A stretch of DNA of 64,000 nt from Chiloscyllium plagiosum. Taxonomy: Eukaryota. The translations under genes were made by a program, and so were the position numbers. This document shows positions 1 to 12,520 of the stretch, piece after piece; the first letter of the stretch is position 1; each line of letters opens with the position of its first letter. The notes beneath the pieces were generated by a model. That model was not told where the DNA came from and did no database searches. It saw nothing but the letters and a program-made list of their open reading frames with translations. The stretch is taken from NCBI RefSeq assembly GCF_004010195.1, contig NC_057716.1:106196576-106260575 (forward strand), given 5' to 3'.

Positions 1-388
1 AGAGAGGGAGACAGAGACAGAGAGACAGAGACAGAGACAGAGAGACACAGAGAGAGAGAGAGAGACATGTACACACCAGAGGGACAGAGAGAAAGAGAGG
101 GACATGTACACACNNNNNNNNNNNNNNNNNNNNNNNNNNNNNNNNNNNNNNNNNNNNNNNNNNNNNNNNNNNNNNNNNNNNNNNNNNNNNNNNNNNNNNN
201 NNNNNNNNNNNNNNNNNNNNNNNNNNNNNNNNNNNNNNNNNNNNNNNNNNNNNNNNNNNNNNNNNNNNNNNNNNNNNNGACAGAGTGAGAAAGAGAGACA
301 GAGAGAGAAAGAGAGAGAGAAACATGTCCACACCAGAGAGAGACAGAGACAGAAAGAGAGAGAAAGACAGAGAGAGAGAGAGACATGT
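1..388. repeat. (GA)n/(GACA)n compound microsatellite
   Basis: Direct reading; interrupted by an N gap at 114-278. Confidence 0.95.
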
Positions 389-888
389 NNNNNNNNNNNN
401 NNNNNNNNNNNNNNNNNNNNNNNNNNNNNNNNNNNNNNNNNNNNNNNNNNNNNNNNNNNNNNNNNNNNNNNNNNNNNNNNNNNNNNNNNNNNNNNNNNNN
501 NNNNNNNNNNNNNNNNNNNNNNNNNNNNNNNNNNNNNNNNNNNNNNNNNNNNNNNNNNNNNNNNNNNNNNNNNNNNNNNNNNNNNNNNNNNNNNNNNNNN
601 NNNNNNNNNNNNNNNNNNNNNNNNNNNNNNNNNNNNNNNNNNNNNNNNNNNNNNNNNNNNNNNNNNNNNNNNNNNNNNNNNNNNNNNNNNNNNNNNNNNN
701 NNNNNNNNNNNNNNNNNNNNNNNNNNNNNNNNNNNNNNNNNNNNNNNNNNNNNNNNNNNNNNNNNNNNNNNNNNNNNNNNNNNNNNNNNNNNNNNNNNNN
801 NNNNNNNNNNNNNNNNNNNNNNNNNNNNNNNNNNNNNNNNNNNNNNNNNNNNNNNNNNNNNNNNNNNNNNNNNNNNNNNNNNNNNNNN
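389..888. other. Assembly gap, exactly 500 N (fixed-size scaffold join)
   Basis: Counted N run. Confidence 0.95.
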
Positions 889-940
889 TTAGGGACGGGA
901 AATAAATAAATGCTGACCTTGCCAATAACACCCACAGGCA

Positions 941-1158
941 AATGTGAGGACTGCAGATGCTGGAAACCAGAGTCTAAATTAGAGTGATGCTGGAAAAGCA
1001 CAGCAGGTCAGGCAGCATCCGAGGAGCAGGAAAATCGACGTTTCGGGCAAAAGCCCTTCATCATTCTTCATTCCTGATAAAGGGCTTTGCTTGAAACTTC
1101 GATTTTCCTGCTCCTCTGATGCTGCCTGAACTGCTGTGCTTTTCCAGCACCACTCTAG
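941..1158. mobile_element. Penelope-like element terminal repeat, inverted pair
   Basis: gtgctggaaaagcacagcaggtcaggcagcatc... followed by its reverse complement; same terminus as the GIY-YIG element at 46.6 kb. Confidence 0.75.
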
Positions 1159-1206
1159 TCAGTAACACCCACATTCCATGAATGAATGAAAATGCCGACT
1201 GCGTTT

Positions 1207-1951
1207 TGTTACGACACAGCAGTGTACCCTTCCACTAATTAAACCAAACACACAGAAAAGCTCACCTCACTTCCTAATCTGTTAAAGTATGAGTGACAGA
1301 AAACTCCCTAAATTCCATTATTCTTTAACTCCGTTATTCTATAACTCTATAAGTGATCATTAAATAGCCACTATTTACACTCTAACCCCCCTTTCTCTTA
1401 AACATCTGTTGTCTACCTCCAACTCTATAACAATATACAGATCCAATAAAAACCCCGATTAAAATTACATCAACTTCATTTTCAAAACCACCCAGCGGCT
1501 GTTGTCGTTGGCGTCTGTCTCCCTCTGGCTATAGATCTTCCTGGGTCAGCCTCGGTCTTTTGCTGCAAAGATGTTTCATATGAACAAGGTACCTTTAATA
1601 GAGTGTGTTTTGGATGGCAGTCTCTCTCTCGCTGGCAGTTTACTCTCTCACTAACTTTCTAAGTGCCCACTTCTTAATACCCCATACATTGGATTGTCTC
1701 ATTGGTTCAATGTTGTCAAAAGAGTAAAATTCAAATTCAATTGGGTTTTAGTACTCTGGCGCATAATTTAAACTGATTGGTTAAATATGAACTGTTGTGA
1801 ACATAGCAGCCAAATGTTACATATTTTTAATTTTCCCGTAGATTCCGAGACTGCTAGTCAGTCACATGACAGGTGCCTGCAAACTCTCACTGCCAAAACA
1901 GCCTTCTCTCTCTCTCTTAAAGGTGCAGTACATGCCTTCAACTTCATCACA
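1207..1951. mobile_element. Solo-LTR-like element
   Basis: TG...CA ends with imperfect inverted termini (tgttacga / tcatcaca) and near-4-bp target duplication gttt/attt. Confidence 0.45.
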
Positions 1952-2149
1952 ATTTCCACTGAGAATTGGAATGGTTTGATTGGTTGTTCACCTGATCTGG
2001 GTGATATTGTTTCTCGTGTCAGTGCGGACTCAGTGGGCCGATGGTCCTTTTCCATGCTGTATGACTCTACGTGTTATGGTGTAATGGGTTAATGGGTGGT
2101 CCTCAGATCTTCAGGCCCAGCATAATCCAGACTGATTGGAGTTTAAAGA

Positions 2150-4940
2150 ACTCAAGCAAGGAATTAGGAGAGCAAGAAGGGGCCATGAAATGACCTTGGC
2201 AAGTAGGGTTAAAGAGAATCCCCAAGGCATTCTATACACACATTGAAAACAAGAGGCTAACTTGGGAGAAGATAGGACCACTCAAGGATAAAGAAGGGAA
2301 CTTATGCCTGGAGGCAAGGGATGTGTGTGCGATCCTTAATGAGTACCTTGTGTCAGTATTCACCTAGGGGAAGGATATGGAGGATAGCGAGATTTGTGTG
2401 GAGCATGCTAATATGCTAAGACATTTTGAGATCAAGAAAAAAAGTGGTGTTGAATCTCTTGAAGAGCATTAAGGTGAATAAGTCCCTGGAGCACGATGGT
2501 ATCTATCCCAGGTTACCAAGAGAGAAGATTGCTGGGGCCTTGACTAAGATCTTTGTATCCTGGCCAGGCATTGGAGAGGTCCCAGAGGACTAGTGACTAG
2601 CTCATGTTCTTCCTCCGTTTAAGAAAGGAAATGGGAATAGTCCAGGAAACTATAGAACAGTGAGTCTCACCTCGGTGGTTGGGAAGCCATTGGACAGAAT
2701 ACTTAGGGATGGGATTTACGCACATTTGGAAAAGCATAGCCTAATAGGGACAGTCTCAGCATAGTTTTGTGCAGTGCAGGACATGTCTTACTAACTTGAT
2801 TGAATTTTTCAAGGAGGTGATGAAGGTGACGATGAGGATCGAGCAGTGGATGTTGTTTATATGGATTTTAGCAAGGCTTTCGACAGGATCCCTCATGGTA
2901 GGCTCATCCAGAAGATTTAAGATACATGGGTTCCATTGTGATTTGGCCATGTGGATTCAGAATTGGATGCCTATAAATGGCAGTGTGTCGTGGTGGAAGG
3001 TTGTTTTTCAGGCTGAAGGTCTGTGACTAGTGGTTTTCCGCAGGGATCCATACCGATACCTCTGCTGTTTGAGACATACAAATGACTTGTATGAAAATGT
3101 AGATGAATGAATTGAATTGAATTTATTGTCACGTGTACCGAGGCACAGTGAAAAGCTTTGTCTTGCAAACAATGCAAGCTAATCTCAGAGTTATGTAGCA
3201 TAGACAAATAAGTAAATAATAGGTAAACAGCGGCAAAAACAAAAACACAGGTACAGGTGAATGTTAAGTTTTGTAACTCTATTCAGTATTCTAACAACAG
3301 TAGGGTAGAAACTGTTACGAAACCGGCTGGTGCATGTGTTCAGGCTTCTGTACCTTCTCCCCGATGGTAGAGGTTATAGAAAAACATTGCCTGCGTGGGA
3401 TGGATCTTTGAGGATGCTGGCAGTCTTTCCTTGACAGCGGGCCTGGTAGGTGGCTTTTATAGATGGAAGGTTGGCCTTTGTGATTGTCTGGGCCGAGTTC
3501 ACCCCTCTCTGTAATTGTCTCCGATCTTCAATGGTATAGTTGCCATACCAAATAGTGATACATCCAGACAGAATGCTCTCGATGGCGTACCTATAAAAGT
3601 TGGCACGGGTATTCGCCGTTGTGCCAAACTTTCTAAGCTGCCTGAGGAGGAAGAGACGTTGCTGGGCCTTTGTAACCAGTGCGTCCACATGAAGAGTCCG
3701 AGAAAGCTTGTTGTGGATGACCACTCCCAGGAGCTTGACACTCTCCACTCGTTCCACCTCTGTGCTGTTAATGTGTAGGGGGCCATCAGTAAATTCCTGC
3801 CAAAAGTCAATAATGAGTTCCTTGGTCATGTCGGCATTAAGAGGTAGATTGTTCTCAGTGCACCATTTTTCCAGGTCTTCCACCTCCCGTTGGTAGTCTG
3901 TTTCATCGCCATCTGAGATTTGACCGACTATGGTGGTGTCATCAGCAAACTTGCAAATGGCAATAGTCTGGTATTTGGCGATGCAGTCATGGGTATACAG
4001 TGAGTACAGTAGTGGACTGAGTACACAGCCCGGGGGGGGGGGGGGGGGGGGGTGAGGGGGGCTCCAGTGTTGAGTGTTAGTGAGGATTAGTAGGTTTGCA
4101 GATGATACAAAGATCAATGGAGTTGTGGATAGTGTAGAAGGTTATCAAAAGATACAGAGTGATACAGATCAGTTGCAGATATGGGCGGAGTTTAATCCCA
4201 CTAAGTGTGAGGTGCTGCACTTTGGGAGATCAAATGTTAAGGAGAGTATACATTTAATGGCAGGACTCTGAACAGCATGGATCTTGGAGTTCAAGTCCAT
4301 AGCTGCCTGAAAATTGCCAAGCAACTAGATAGGGTGGTAAAGAAGGCGTATGACATATTTGTGTTTATTGGTCAGGGAATTGCGTAAAAGAGTCAGGATG
4401 CATGTAACAGGTTTATAAGACTTTGGGAGTTAGGCTGCACTTAGAGTATTATGTTCAATTCTGGTCACCACATTACAGGAAGGATGTGGAATCTTTGGAG
4501 AGGGTTCAGAAGAGGTTTACCAGGATGCTGCCTGGATTAGAGGGTATGAGCGATAAGGAGAGGCTAGAAAACCTCAGGTTGTTTTCTTTGGAGCAGTGGA
4601 GGCAGAGGGGAGATCTGAGGGGATTCTATAAAATTATGAGATGCACAGATAGGGTTGACGGTCAGAATCTTTTTTCCAAGAGTTGAAATGTCTAAAACTA
4701 GGGAGCATGCATTTAAGCTGAGAGGAGGAATGTTCAAAGGAGCCAATGAGGGCACACTGCCAGGGGAGATGGTGGAGGCATATACAATAGGGACATTTAA
4801 CAGACTTTTATATAAGCGTGTGAATATGCAAGGAATGGAGGGATATGGGCCAAGGATAGGCAGAAGGGATTAGTTTAATTTGGCATCACGTTCGGCACAA
4901 CATGGTAAGCTGAGGGGTCGTTCCTGTGCTGTACTGTTCC
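2150..4940 (+). mobile_element. Degenerate CR1 LINE (RT region to 3' end), split by a nested LINE
   Basis: CLTNLIEFF, ISRFADDTK, LEYxVQFWSPHYRKDV fragments with stops and frameshifts. Confidence 0.85.
3106..4085 (-). mobile_element. Rex1/Babar-type LINE, 5'-truncated, nested in CR1
   Basis: ORF 3374-4117(-): GCVLSPLLYSLYTHDC...KFADDTT...KAQQRLFLLRQL..FYRYAIESILSGCITIWYG; short (TCAAT)n tail near 3110. Confidence 0.8.
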
Positions 4941-5174
4941 ATGTTCTATGCAACTGGCCCAGTGCCAAGCCAGCATCCAGGGCAGTGGTCCATTTGGTAC
5001 ATCTGGGGAAAAGTGATTCTTGGAGAAGCCTATCTGGAAGTGTGTGTCACCCACGATGTTGGAAGGATGTTCACAATTTTTTTGAATACGTGCTGAGGTG
5101 ATTTACTGGAATGTTTCCTTGAATGATGGGAAGTGGGAGAAAGAGAAATTGTATCCACTGGAGCGGGGAAGGCC

Positions 5175-5460
5175 AGGGGAGATGTCATCAGATTTAGGAC
5201 TGAGTTCAGGAGGAGCTTCTTCACCCAAGGGATTGTGAATCAGTGGAATTCCCTGCCCAGTGAAGAAGTTGAGGCTACCTTGCTGAATGTTTTAAAGGCA
5301 AAGCTAGATTTTTGAACAGTAAAGGAATTAAGGGTTATGATGAGAGGGCGGGTAAGTGGAGCTGAGTCCACTGAAAGATCAGCCATCATCTTATTGAATG
5401 GCGGAGCAGGCTCCAGGGGCCAGATGGCCTACTCCTGCTCCTAGTTCATATGTTCTTACA
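5175..5460 (+). mobile_element. CR1 LINE 3' end fragment
   Basis: RFRTEFRRSFFTQGIVNQWNSLP plus CR1 3'UTR; near-identical to 9825-10215. Confidence 0.8.
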
Positions 5461-5502
5461 TAACTGCACAGGAAGATCAGACACAGACAGCAGGACAATA
5501 AC

Positions 5503-5708
5503 AGTCGAGAGTATGTTGCTGGAAAAGCACAGCAGGTCAAGCAGCAGCTGAGGAGCAGGAGAATCGACGAGTCAGGCATAAGCTTTCTGAAAGGCTTTTG
5601 CCCAAGACGTCGATTCTCCCGTTCCTCGGGTGCTGCCTGACCTGCTGTGCTTTTCCAGCAATACACTCTCGACTCTGATCTCCAGCGTCTACAGTCCTGA
5701 CTTTCTCT
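5503..5708. mobile_element. Penelope terminal repeat, inverted pair
   Basis: gagagtatgttgctggaaaagcacagcagg... paired with its reverse complement. Confidence 0.7.
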
Positions 5709-5846
5709 GAGCAGGACAAGAACACCCTGACGCTCCAGTCCAGGACTCTCTTGAATGTGAGCTTCTCACTTTGAGATGGGAACACTGTTTTTGCTGAGCA
5801 ACGAATCATTCCTCTCTGTTCTGTGCTGTCCCCCTCCCTGCCCCAG

Positions 5847-6070
5847 GTTCCGTTACTCTGAGGACGATGTTGTTAGCTACATCCTGCAGATCCTCCAGGG
5901 TCTTGAGTACCTGCACAGCCGACGTATCGTTCACCTGGACATCAAACCGGACAATGTCATTGTCACCTACCTCAACGTCATCAAGCTGGTGGACTTTGGC
6001 AGTGCCCACTTCTTCAATGCTACTGTGCCAAAGCCGCTGGGTCGCAGAGTGGGCACTCCGGAGTATATGT
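5847..6070 (+). CDS. SPEG: SPEG exon, second Ser/Thr kinase domain (catalytic loop to activation loop)
   Basis: cag|G acceptor, T|gtgagt donor; translates FRYSEDDVVSYILQILQGLEYLHSRRIVHLDIKPDNVIV...KLVDFGSA...GTPEYM (HLDIKPDN, DFG). 224 bp; phases join the next exon. Confidence 0.95.
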
Positions 6071-6374
6071 GTGAGTGTTACGCTAGGACCTGACCCCCTG
6101 GACCTGAGGTAGAGAGAAATGTCCACAACTGATCCCAGTCAGGGAGCCATTGCCATCCTCCACACCATATCCACCCTTGGTAACCCACTGGATAATGGTG
6201 CCACCTCAGAGCACACCATCCTAACACTGTTACCTCCACTAACAGTAACAGGTGGAGGGGGAATCAAGGACACTGAGGAGCAGCAGCTCCCCCTTCCTTC
6301 CTCTAAACCATCCCCCCACCCACTCTCCACCCATTACCCAACTGTATGTTCCAGTATGTCTCTATTTGGGAGTT

Positions 6375-6713
6375 AATGTGTATGTGTAAGTCTGTGTGTG
6401 TGTGTAGGTGTCTGTGTGTGCATGAGTGTAAACATGTGTGCATGTGTTAATGTGCATGCGTGCGCGTAAAAGTATGTGAAAATATCTCTGTTAGTGTGTG
6501 CCAAGTGAGTGTGTGTATGTGTGAGTTAGTGAGAGTGTGTATGTATGGGCATGTTAGTGAGTGTGTGTGAATGTCTGTGTGTGTATGTGTTAGCGAATGT
6601 GTGTCAGTGTGTGTAACTGTGTTGTGAATGTGTGTGTATGTGTAAGTGAGTGTTTGTGAGTGTGTCAGTGTGTATGTATCTATGAGTGTTAGTGACTGTG
6701 CGTCAGTGTGTGT
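6375..6713. repeat. Degenerate (TG)n microsatellite
   Basis: Direct reading; runs into an N gap. Confidence 0.9.
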
Positions 6714-7886
6714 NNNNNNNNNNNNNNNNNNNNNNNNNNNNNNNNNNNNNNNNNNNNNNNNNNNNNNNNNNNNNNNNNNNNNNNNNNNNNNNNNNNNNNN
6801 NNNNNNNNNNNNNNNNNNNNNNNNNNNNNNNNNNNNNNNNNNNNNNNNNNNNNNNNNNNNNNNNNNNNNNNNNNNNNNNNNNNNNNNNNNNNNNNNNNNN
6901 NNNNNNNNNNNNNNNNNNNNNNNNNNNNNNNNNNNNNNNNNNNNNNNNNNNNNNNNNNNNNNNNNNNNNNNNNNNNNNNNNNNNNNNNNNNNNNNNNNNN
7001 NNNNNNNNNNNNNNNNNNNNNNNNNNNNNNNNNNNNNNNNNNNNNNNNNNNNNNNNNNNNNNNNNNNNNNNNNNNNNNNNNNNNNNNNNNNNNNNNNNNN
7101 NNNNNNNNNNNNNNNNNNNNNNNNNNNNNNNNNNNNNNNNNNNNNNNNNNNNNNNNNNNNNNNNNNNNNNNNNNNNNNNNNNNNNNNNNNNNNNNNNNNN
7201 NNNNNNNNNNNNNNNNNNNNNNNNNNNNNNNNNNNNNNNNNNNNNNNNNNNNNNNNNNNNNNNNNNNNNNNNNNNNNNNNNNNNNNNNNNNNNNNNNNNN
7301 NNNNNNNNNNNNNNNNNNNNNNNNNNNNNNNNNNNNNNNNNNNNNNNNNNNNNNNNNNNNNNNNNNNNNNNNNNNNNNNNNNNNNNNNNNNNNNNNNNNN
7401 NNNNNNNNNNNNNNNNNNNNNNNNNNNNNNNNNNNNNNNNNNNNNNNNNNNNNNNNNNNNNNNNNNNNNNNNNNNNNNNNNNNNNNNNNNNNNNNNNNNN
7501 NNNNNNNNNNNNNNNNNNNNNNNNNNNNNNNNNNNNNNNNNNNNNNNNNNNNNNNNNNNNNNNNNNNCCCATCTCCACTATTCAGCTCCCAATTCTGTAG
7601 ATTTCTTCTTATTCTCCCGATCATTCTCTTACTCTCAACACCTCCATCTTTCAAACCCATCGCCTCATTTTCGCTCTCAATCTCACAATTATTTTTCTCT
7701 CTCACTTATTCTCCCTCATCATCTCCGGTGGTGTTACAGGGCTGTCATTTCCAAAAATGCGATCTCTGTGACTCTCTCACTAACTGATAATTCTCTCTTG
7801 TGTTTTGTTCCTCTGTCCATCTCTCTCTCCATCTTTCTCTTTCTTTCTCTCTCTCTCTCTGTCCTGTCTCTCTCGTTCTCTCCAAG

Positions 7887-7962
7887 CTCCTGAAATGCTG
7901 AAGGGAGATCCGATTGGACCACCGGCTGATATCTGGGGTCTGGGCGTGCTTATTTACATCAT
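7887..7962 (+). CDS. SPEG: SPEG exon, kinase 2 subdomains VIII-IX
   Basis: Polypyrimidine tract + aag|CT, AT|gtgagt; (S)[24 protein letters not shown](M); 76 bp, in frame with both neighbours. Not in the ORF track. Confidence 0.93.
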
Positions 7963-8819
7963 GTGAGTAGGAGGGTGTTTGCTGGTATCTCTGACTGTGT
8001 CTGGGTGTGGGTTTTGTAGCTCTGAGTGTGAGGGAGTGCAGCGAGGGGGAATACGCCCCTTCGAGATGTCCTTGCTTGTTTGGTGCATGTACATGGCTTG
8101 TTCACTCTCCTGGAGTGGGGCTGCATTAACCTGCTTTTTAAATCATGATTCTTTTAACCCCCACTCCCCCTCCCCACATACACATGCACGCACATTCTCA
8201 CTCAGTACCATTTCCCATTGGCAGTGCACACTAGATAAGTACTGTTTGTACATCCTCTCCCTCCATAGAGAGACAGAGAGATCCCTTGGGTCTGCAATTG
8301 TTACATTCACTGATTTGTGAACCAGTCACTGCTCTTAGGGAGGGAGTTCCAGGGTATTGACTCAGCAATGCTGAAGGAACAATGATGTATTTCCAAGTCA
8401 GGATGGTGAGTGGCTTGGAGGGGAATTTGCAGGGGGTCGAGTTCCCATGTATCTGTTGTCCTTGTGGGGTGACAGGTTTGGAAGGAGCTGTCCCAGAAGC
8501 CTATTTGTGTACTTGGGGTCCTAAATCCCTCTTGCTTCCCCCATTGTTCCCAGCTGCCCGCCAGTTTGCAAATACAGCAGCATCTCTGGAACAGCAGGGA
8601 TAAGGGGAAAGTCACTTTCAGCTTCCCATTCCTGAGCAGACTCAAGCCATTACTCCCAGAGTCAGGAGTCACATGAAGGAGCAGCGCTCAAAAAGCTTGT
8701 GATTTCAAATAAACCTGTTGGACTATAACCAGGTGTCGTGTGACTTCTGACCTTGTCTGCCCCAGTCCAACACCAGCACCTCCACACCATTATTCCCAAA
8801 GAGAGACCGAGAGGTTTCT

Positions 8820-9170
8820 TTCAGTTATTTGTTCGTAGGATGAGGGCGTCACAGGCCAGGCCAGCATTTATTGCCCATTCCTAATTGCCCAGAGGGCAGG
8901 TAAAAATCAACCACATTACTGTGGGTCTGGAATCACATGTAGGCCAGACCAGGCAAGTGTGGCAGTTTCCTTCCCTAAAGGTATTAGTGACCCAGATGGG
9001 TTTTTACAACAATCCACAATGGATTCATGGTCACCGTTAGACTCTTAATTCCAGATTTTTATTGAAATCACATTCCACCATCTGCCGTGGTGGGATTCGA
9101 ACCCAAGTCCCAGAGCATTACCTGTCTGTGGGTTAATAATCTAGTGATAATCCCATTGGGCCATCACCCC
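8820..9170 (-). mobile_element. tRNA-derived SINE (SacSINE1-like)
   Basis: Reverse complement of the family seen full length at 48091-48445. Confidence 0.7.
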
Positions 9171-9590
9171 CACATGTGTGACAGTAAATGCAGATACTGA
9201 CGGAGGTGAAACTGTTGGATTGTGGGACAGTCAAGAACACATTGACATTGCTCTCGGACCATCCTGTCTCACTGTCCACTTTCTGGCTGGGTAGGTAGGC
9301 TACGGAGAAGGTGTTCCTCGGGGAACAGAGGGACAAGGAAGGGGTGAGAATGGAAAGGACTAACCTGTAAACGCCCCATGTCTGTGCAGGTGGGGAAGGT
9401 TTCTGAGAATTCCCAAAGCCTACCCATGAGTGAGAGTTTTCAGGAGTAGCTGGCAGGTCAGGGATTTTAAAAAAAAGGATTTAATGGGAATGGGATTCCC
9501 TGAATGACAACCACAGCTGCTTGGTACTGAGGCTCAGTCGTGTGAGGCAACTCTGTGTGTTATTTATAACTCATGTTCTCTGTGTTTCAG

Positions 9591-9740
9591 GTTAAGTGGA
9601 CGATCACCCTTCACTGCACCAGATCCAACAGAACTCGAGAGCAAGATTAAATCAGCACAGTTTGACCTCACAAAGTGCTATCCCAATGCATCGCAGAATG
9701 CTGCACTCTTTCTTAAACGGGTCCTCTGCATGTTCCCAGC
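9591..9740 (+). CDS. SPEG: SPEG exon, kinase 2 C-lobe
   Basis: tttcag|G and GC|gtgagt; LSGRSPFTAPDPTELESKIKSAQFDLTKCYPNASQNAALFLKRVLCMFP; 150 bp, in frame. Confidence 0.93.
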
Positions 9741-9824
9741 GTGAGTAACCAACCCCATGGCAACAAACTAATACTGTCTGGACACAGGAATCTCTTGTCT
9801 CTTTCTGTGCTATACTCTTTTGGA

Positions 9825-10215
9825 ATTTAGACGAATGAAGGGGGATCTTATAGAAATATAAAAAATTATGAAGGGAATAAATGTGATAGAAGCAGGAAAG
9901 TGGTTTCCACTGGCAAGTGAAATAAGAACAAGAGGGCATAGCCTCAAAATTAAGGGGAGCAGATTTGGGACTAAGTTGAGGAGGAACATCTTCACCCTAA
10001 GGATTATGAATCAGTGGAATTCCCTGCCCAGTGAAGCAGTTGAGGCTACCTCGCTGAATGTTTTTAAGGCAAAGATGGATTTTTGAACAGTAAAGAAATT
10101 AAGGGTTACGGTAAGTGGAGCTGAGTGCACAAAAAGATCAGCCATGATCTTATTGAATGGCGGAGCAGACTCGAGGGGCCAAATGGCCTACTCCTGCTCC
10201 TTGTTCTTATGTTTC
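9825..10215 (+). mobile_element. CR1 LINE 3' end fragment
   Basis: TRGHSLKIKGSRF...RNIFTLRIMNQWNSLP plus CR1 tail. Confidence 0.8.
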
Positions 10216-10790
10216 CGGTTTTATCCCAGTAGATGCCAATCCTAGCTACAGCAAAAGTATTCTGTGTAGTTCTGGTATTCACGTTATTGGAGGGTTGGGA
10301 TAGCACGAGAAAGGGGGCAGAAGAGATTTACCAGGATATTGCCTGGGCTGGAGAGTTCCAGTGATGAAGAGAGATTAGACAGACTGGGACTGTTTCCCTC
10401 CGAGCAGAGGAGATTGAGAGGGCACATGATTGAGGTGTATAAAATTATGAGGGGCATAGACAGGAAGAAACTGCACTTGTGATGCCAAGTCTATGGGCCA
10501 AGTGCTGAGAAATGGGGTTAGAATAGTTAGCTGGTTGTTTGGGCTAAAGGTCTTTTTCTATGCTTTATCGGTGGAGAAACTGTGGCCTGCAGATTCTAGA
10601 GTGTCCGAGTCGAAAGTGTAGTGCTGGAAAAAGCACAGCAGGTTAGGATGAAGGGCTTTTGCCCAAAATGTTGACTCGCATGCTGCCTGACTTGCTGTGC
10701 TTTTCCAGCGCCACACTTTCGACTCTGCTTTATCGATGACCCATCCTGGTCCAAGCTATGACCTGCAACTGAGAGGTAAAGCCACAAAGT

Positions 10791-11085
10791 AAAGCTCCCT
10801 CTACACTGTCCCCCATCAAACACTCCTAGGACAGGGACAGCATGGGGTTAGGTACAGGATAAAGCTCCCTCTACACTGTCCTCATCAAACATTCCCAGGA
10901 CAGGGACAGCACGGGGTTAGATACAGGATAAAGCTCCTTCTACACTGTCCCCATCAAACACTCCCAGGACAGGGACAGCACGGGGTTAGATACAGGATAA
11001 AGCGCCCTCTACATTGTCCCCCATCAAACATTCCTAGGACAGGGACAGCACGGGGTGAGATACAGGTAAAGCTTACTCTGCACTG
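10791..11085. repeat. About 70-bp tandem repeat, about 4 copies
   Basis: aaagctccctctacactgtcccccatcaaacactcccaggacagggacagcacggggttagatacagg recurs at 10791, 10861, about 10930 and about 11000. Confidence 0.9.
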
Positions 11086-11669
11086 TTTGGAATTACACTG
11101 GACATCTCCCCAAGTGCAAAACCTCACATTTTCCACATTATATTCCATCTACCATGTTCCTGCCCATTCGCTAACTCTATCCAAATCCTCCAGAAGCCAC
11201 TGTACATTCTCCTCACAATACACATTCCCATTTAGCTTTGTATCATCCACAAAGTTGGAAATAATTCATTTGGTTCCTATCTCCAAATCACTGAGGTCTA
11301 TTATGAACAGCTGGGGCCCAAATACATATCTTTTTGATATTCTAGTCATCACAGTCTGCAATTGTGAGAATAATCCATTTATTCCTACACTCTGTTTTCT
11401 GTCTGTTAGTCAACCATTAAGGTGTTAATACATTACCTCCTATCCCATGTCCTTTAATTGTCCATAGTTGCCCCTTGAGAAGTTGGGGTGAGCTGCCTTC
11501 TTGAACCAGTCCATTGTAGATAGACCCACAATACCCTTAGGGAGGGAATTACAGGATTCTGACCCAGCGACAGTGAAGGAACGGTGATATATTTCCAAGT
11601 CAGCAAGGTGAGTGGCTCGGATGGGGACTTGCAGGGGGTGTGTTCCTGTGTATCTGCTGCCCTTATTGT

Positions 11670-12520
11670 CGAGTCATAGAATCACACAGCACGGAAACAG
11701 ACCCTTTGATCCAACCAGTCCATGCCGAACATAATCTCTGATCCTGGCCCATATCCTTCTAAACCCTTCCTATTCATATACCCATCCAGATGCCTTTTAA
11801 ATGCTGTAATTGTACCAGCCTCCACCACTTCCTCTGGCAGCTCATTCCATACATGTACCATCGTCTGCGTGAAAAAGTTGTCCCTTAGGTCCCTTTTAAA
11901 TCTTTCACCTCTCACCCTAAACCTATGCCCGCTAGTTCTGGATTTCCCCACCCCAGGGAAAAGACTTTGTTCATCCTATTCATACCCTGCATGATATTAT
12001 AAACCTCTATAACCTCAGCCTCTGACGCTCCAGGGAAAACAGCCCCATCCTATTCAGCCTCTCCCTATAGCTCAAATCTGCCAACCCTGGCAATGTCCTT
12101 GTAAAACTTTTCTGAACATTTTCAAGTTTCACAACATCCTACCTACAGGAGGGAGACCAGAATTGCACGCAGTATTCCAAAAGTGGCCTAACCAATGTCC
12201 TATTCAGTTGCAATGTGCCCTCCCAACTATACTCAATGCTCTGACCAATAAAGGAAAACATACCAAACGCCTTTGTCACTATCCTGTCTAGTTGTGACTC
12301 CACTTTCAAGGAGCAATGAACCTGCACTCCAAGGTCTCTTTGTTCAGCAGCACTCCCCAGAACCTTACCGTGAAGTGTGTAAGTCCTGCTCTGATTTGAT
12401 TTTCCAAAATGCAGCACTTCACATTTGTCTAAATTAAACTTCATCTGCCCCTCCTCGGCCCATTGGCCCATCTGATCAAGATCCCATTGTACTTCAAGGT
12501 AACCTTCTTCGCTGTCCACT
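11670..12520 (-). mobile_element. CR1 LINE 3' fragment
   Basis: ORFs 12139-12519(-) and 11682-11951(-): FNLDKCEVLHFG, LVRPLLEYCVQFWSP, NFFTQ..WNELPEEVV. Confidence 0.9.

Noticed and set aside
67-909. Long ORFs running through N gaps (also at 6.6-7.9, 17.7-18.5, 35.4-36.4, 54.0-54.6 and 59.7-60.6 kb)
   Set aside because: Length comes from X residues; flanks are microsatellite or TE sequence.
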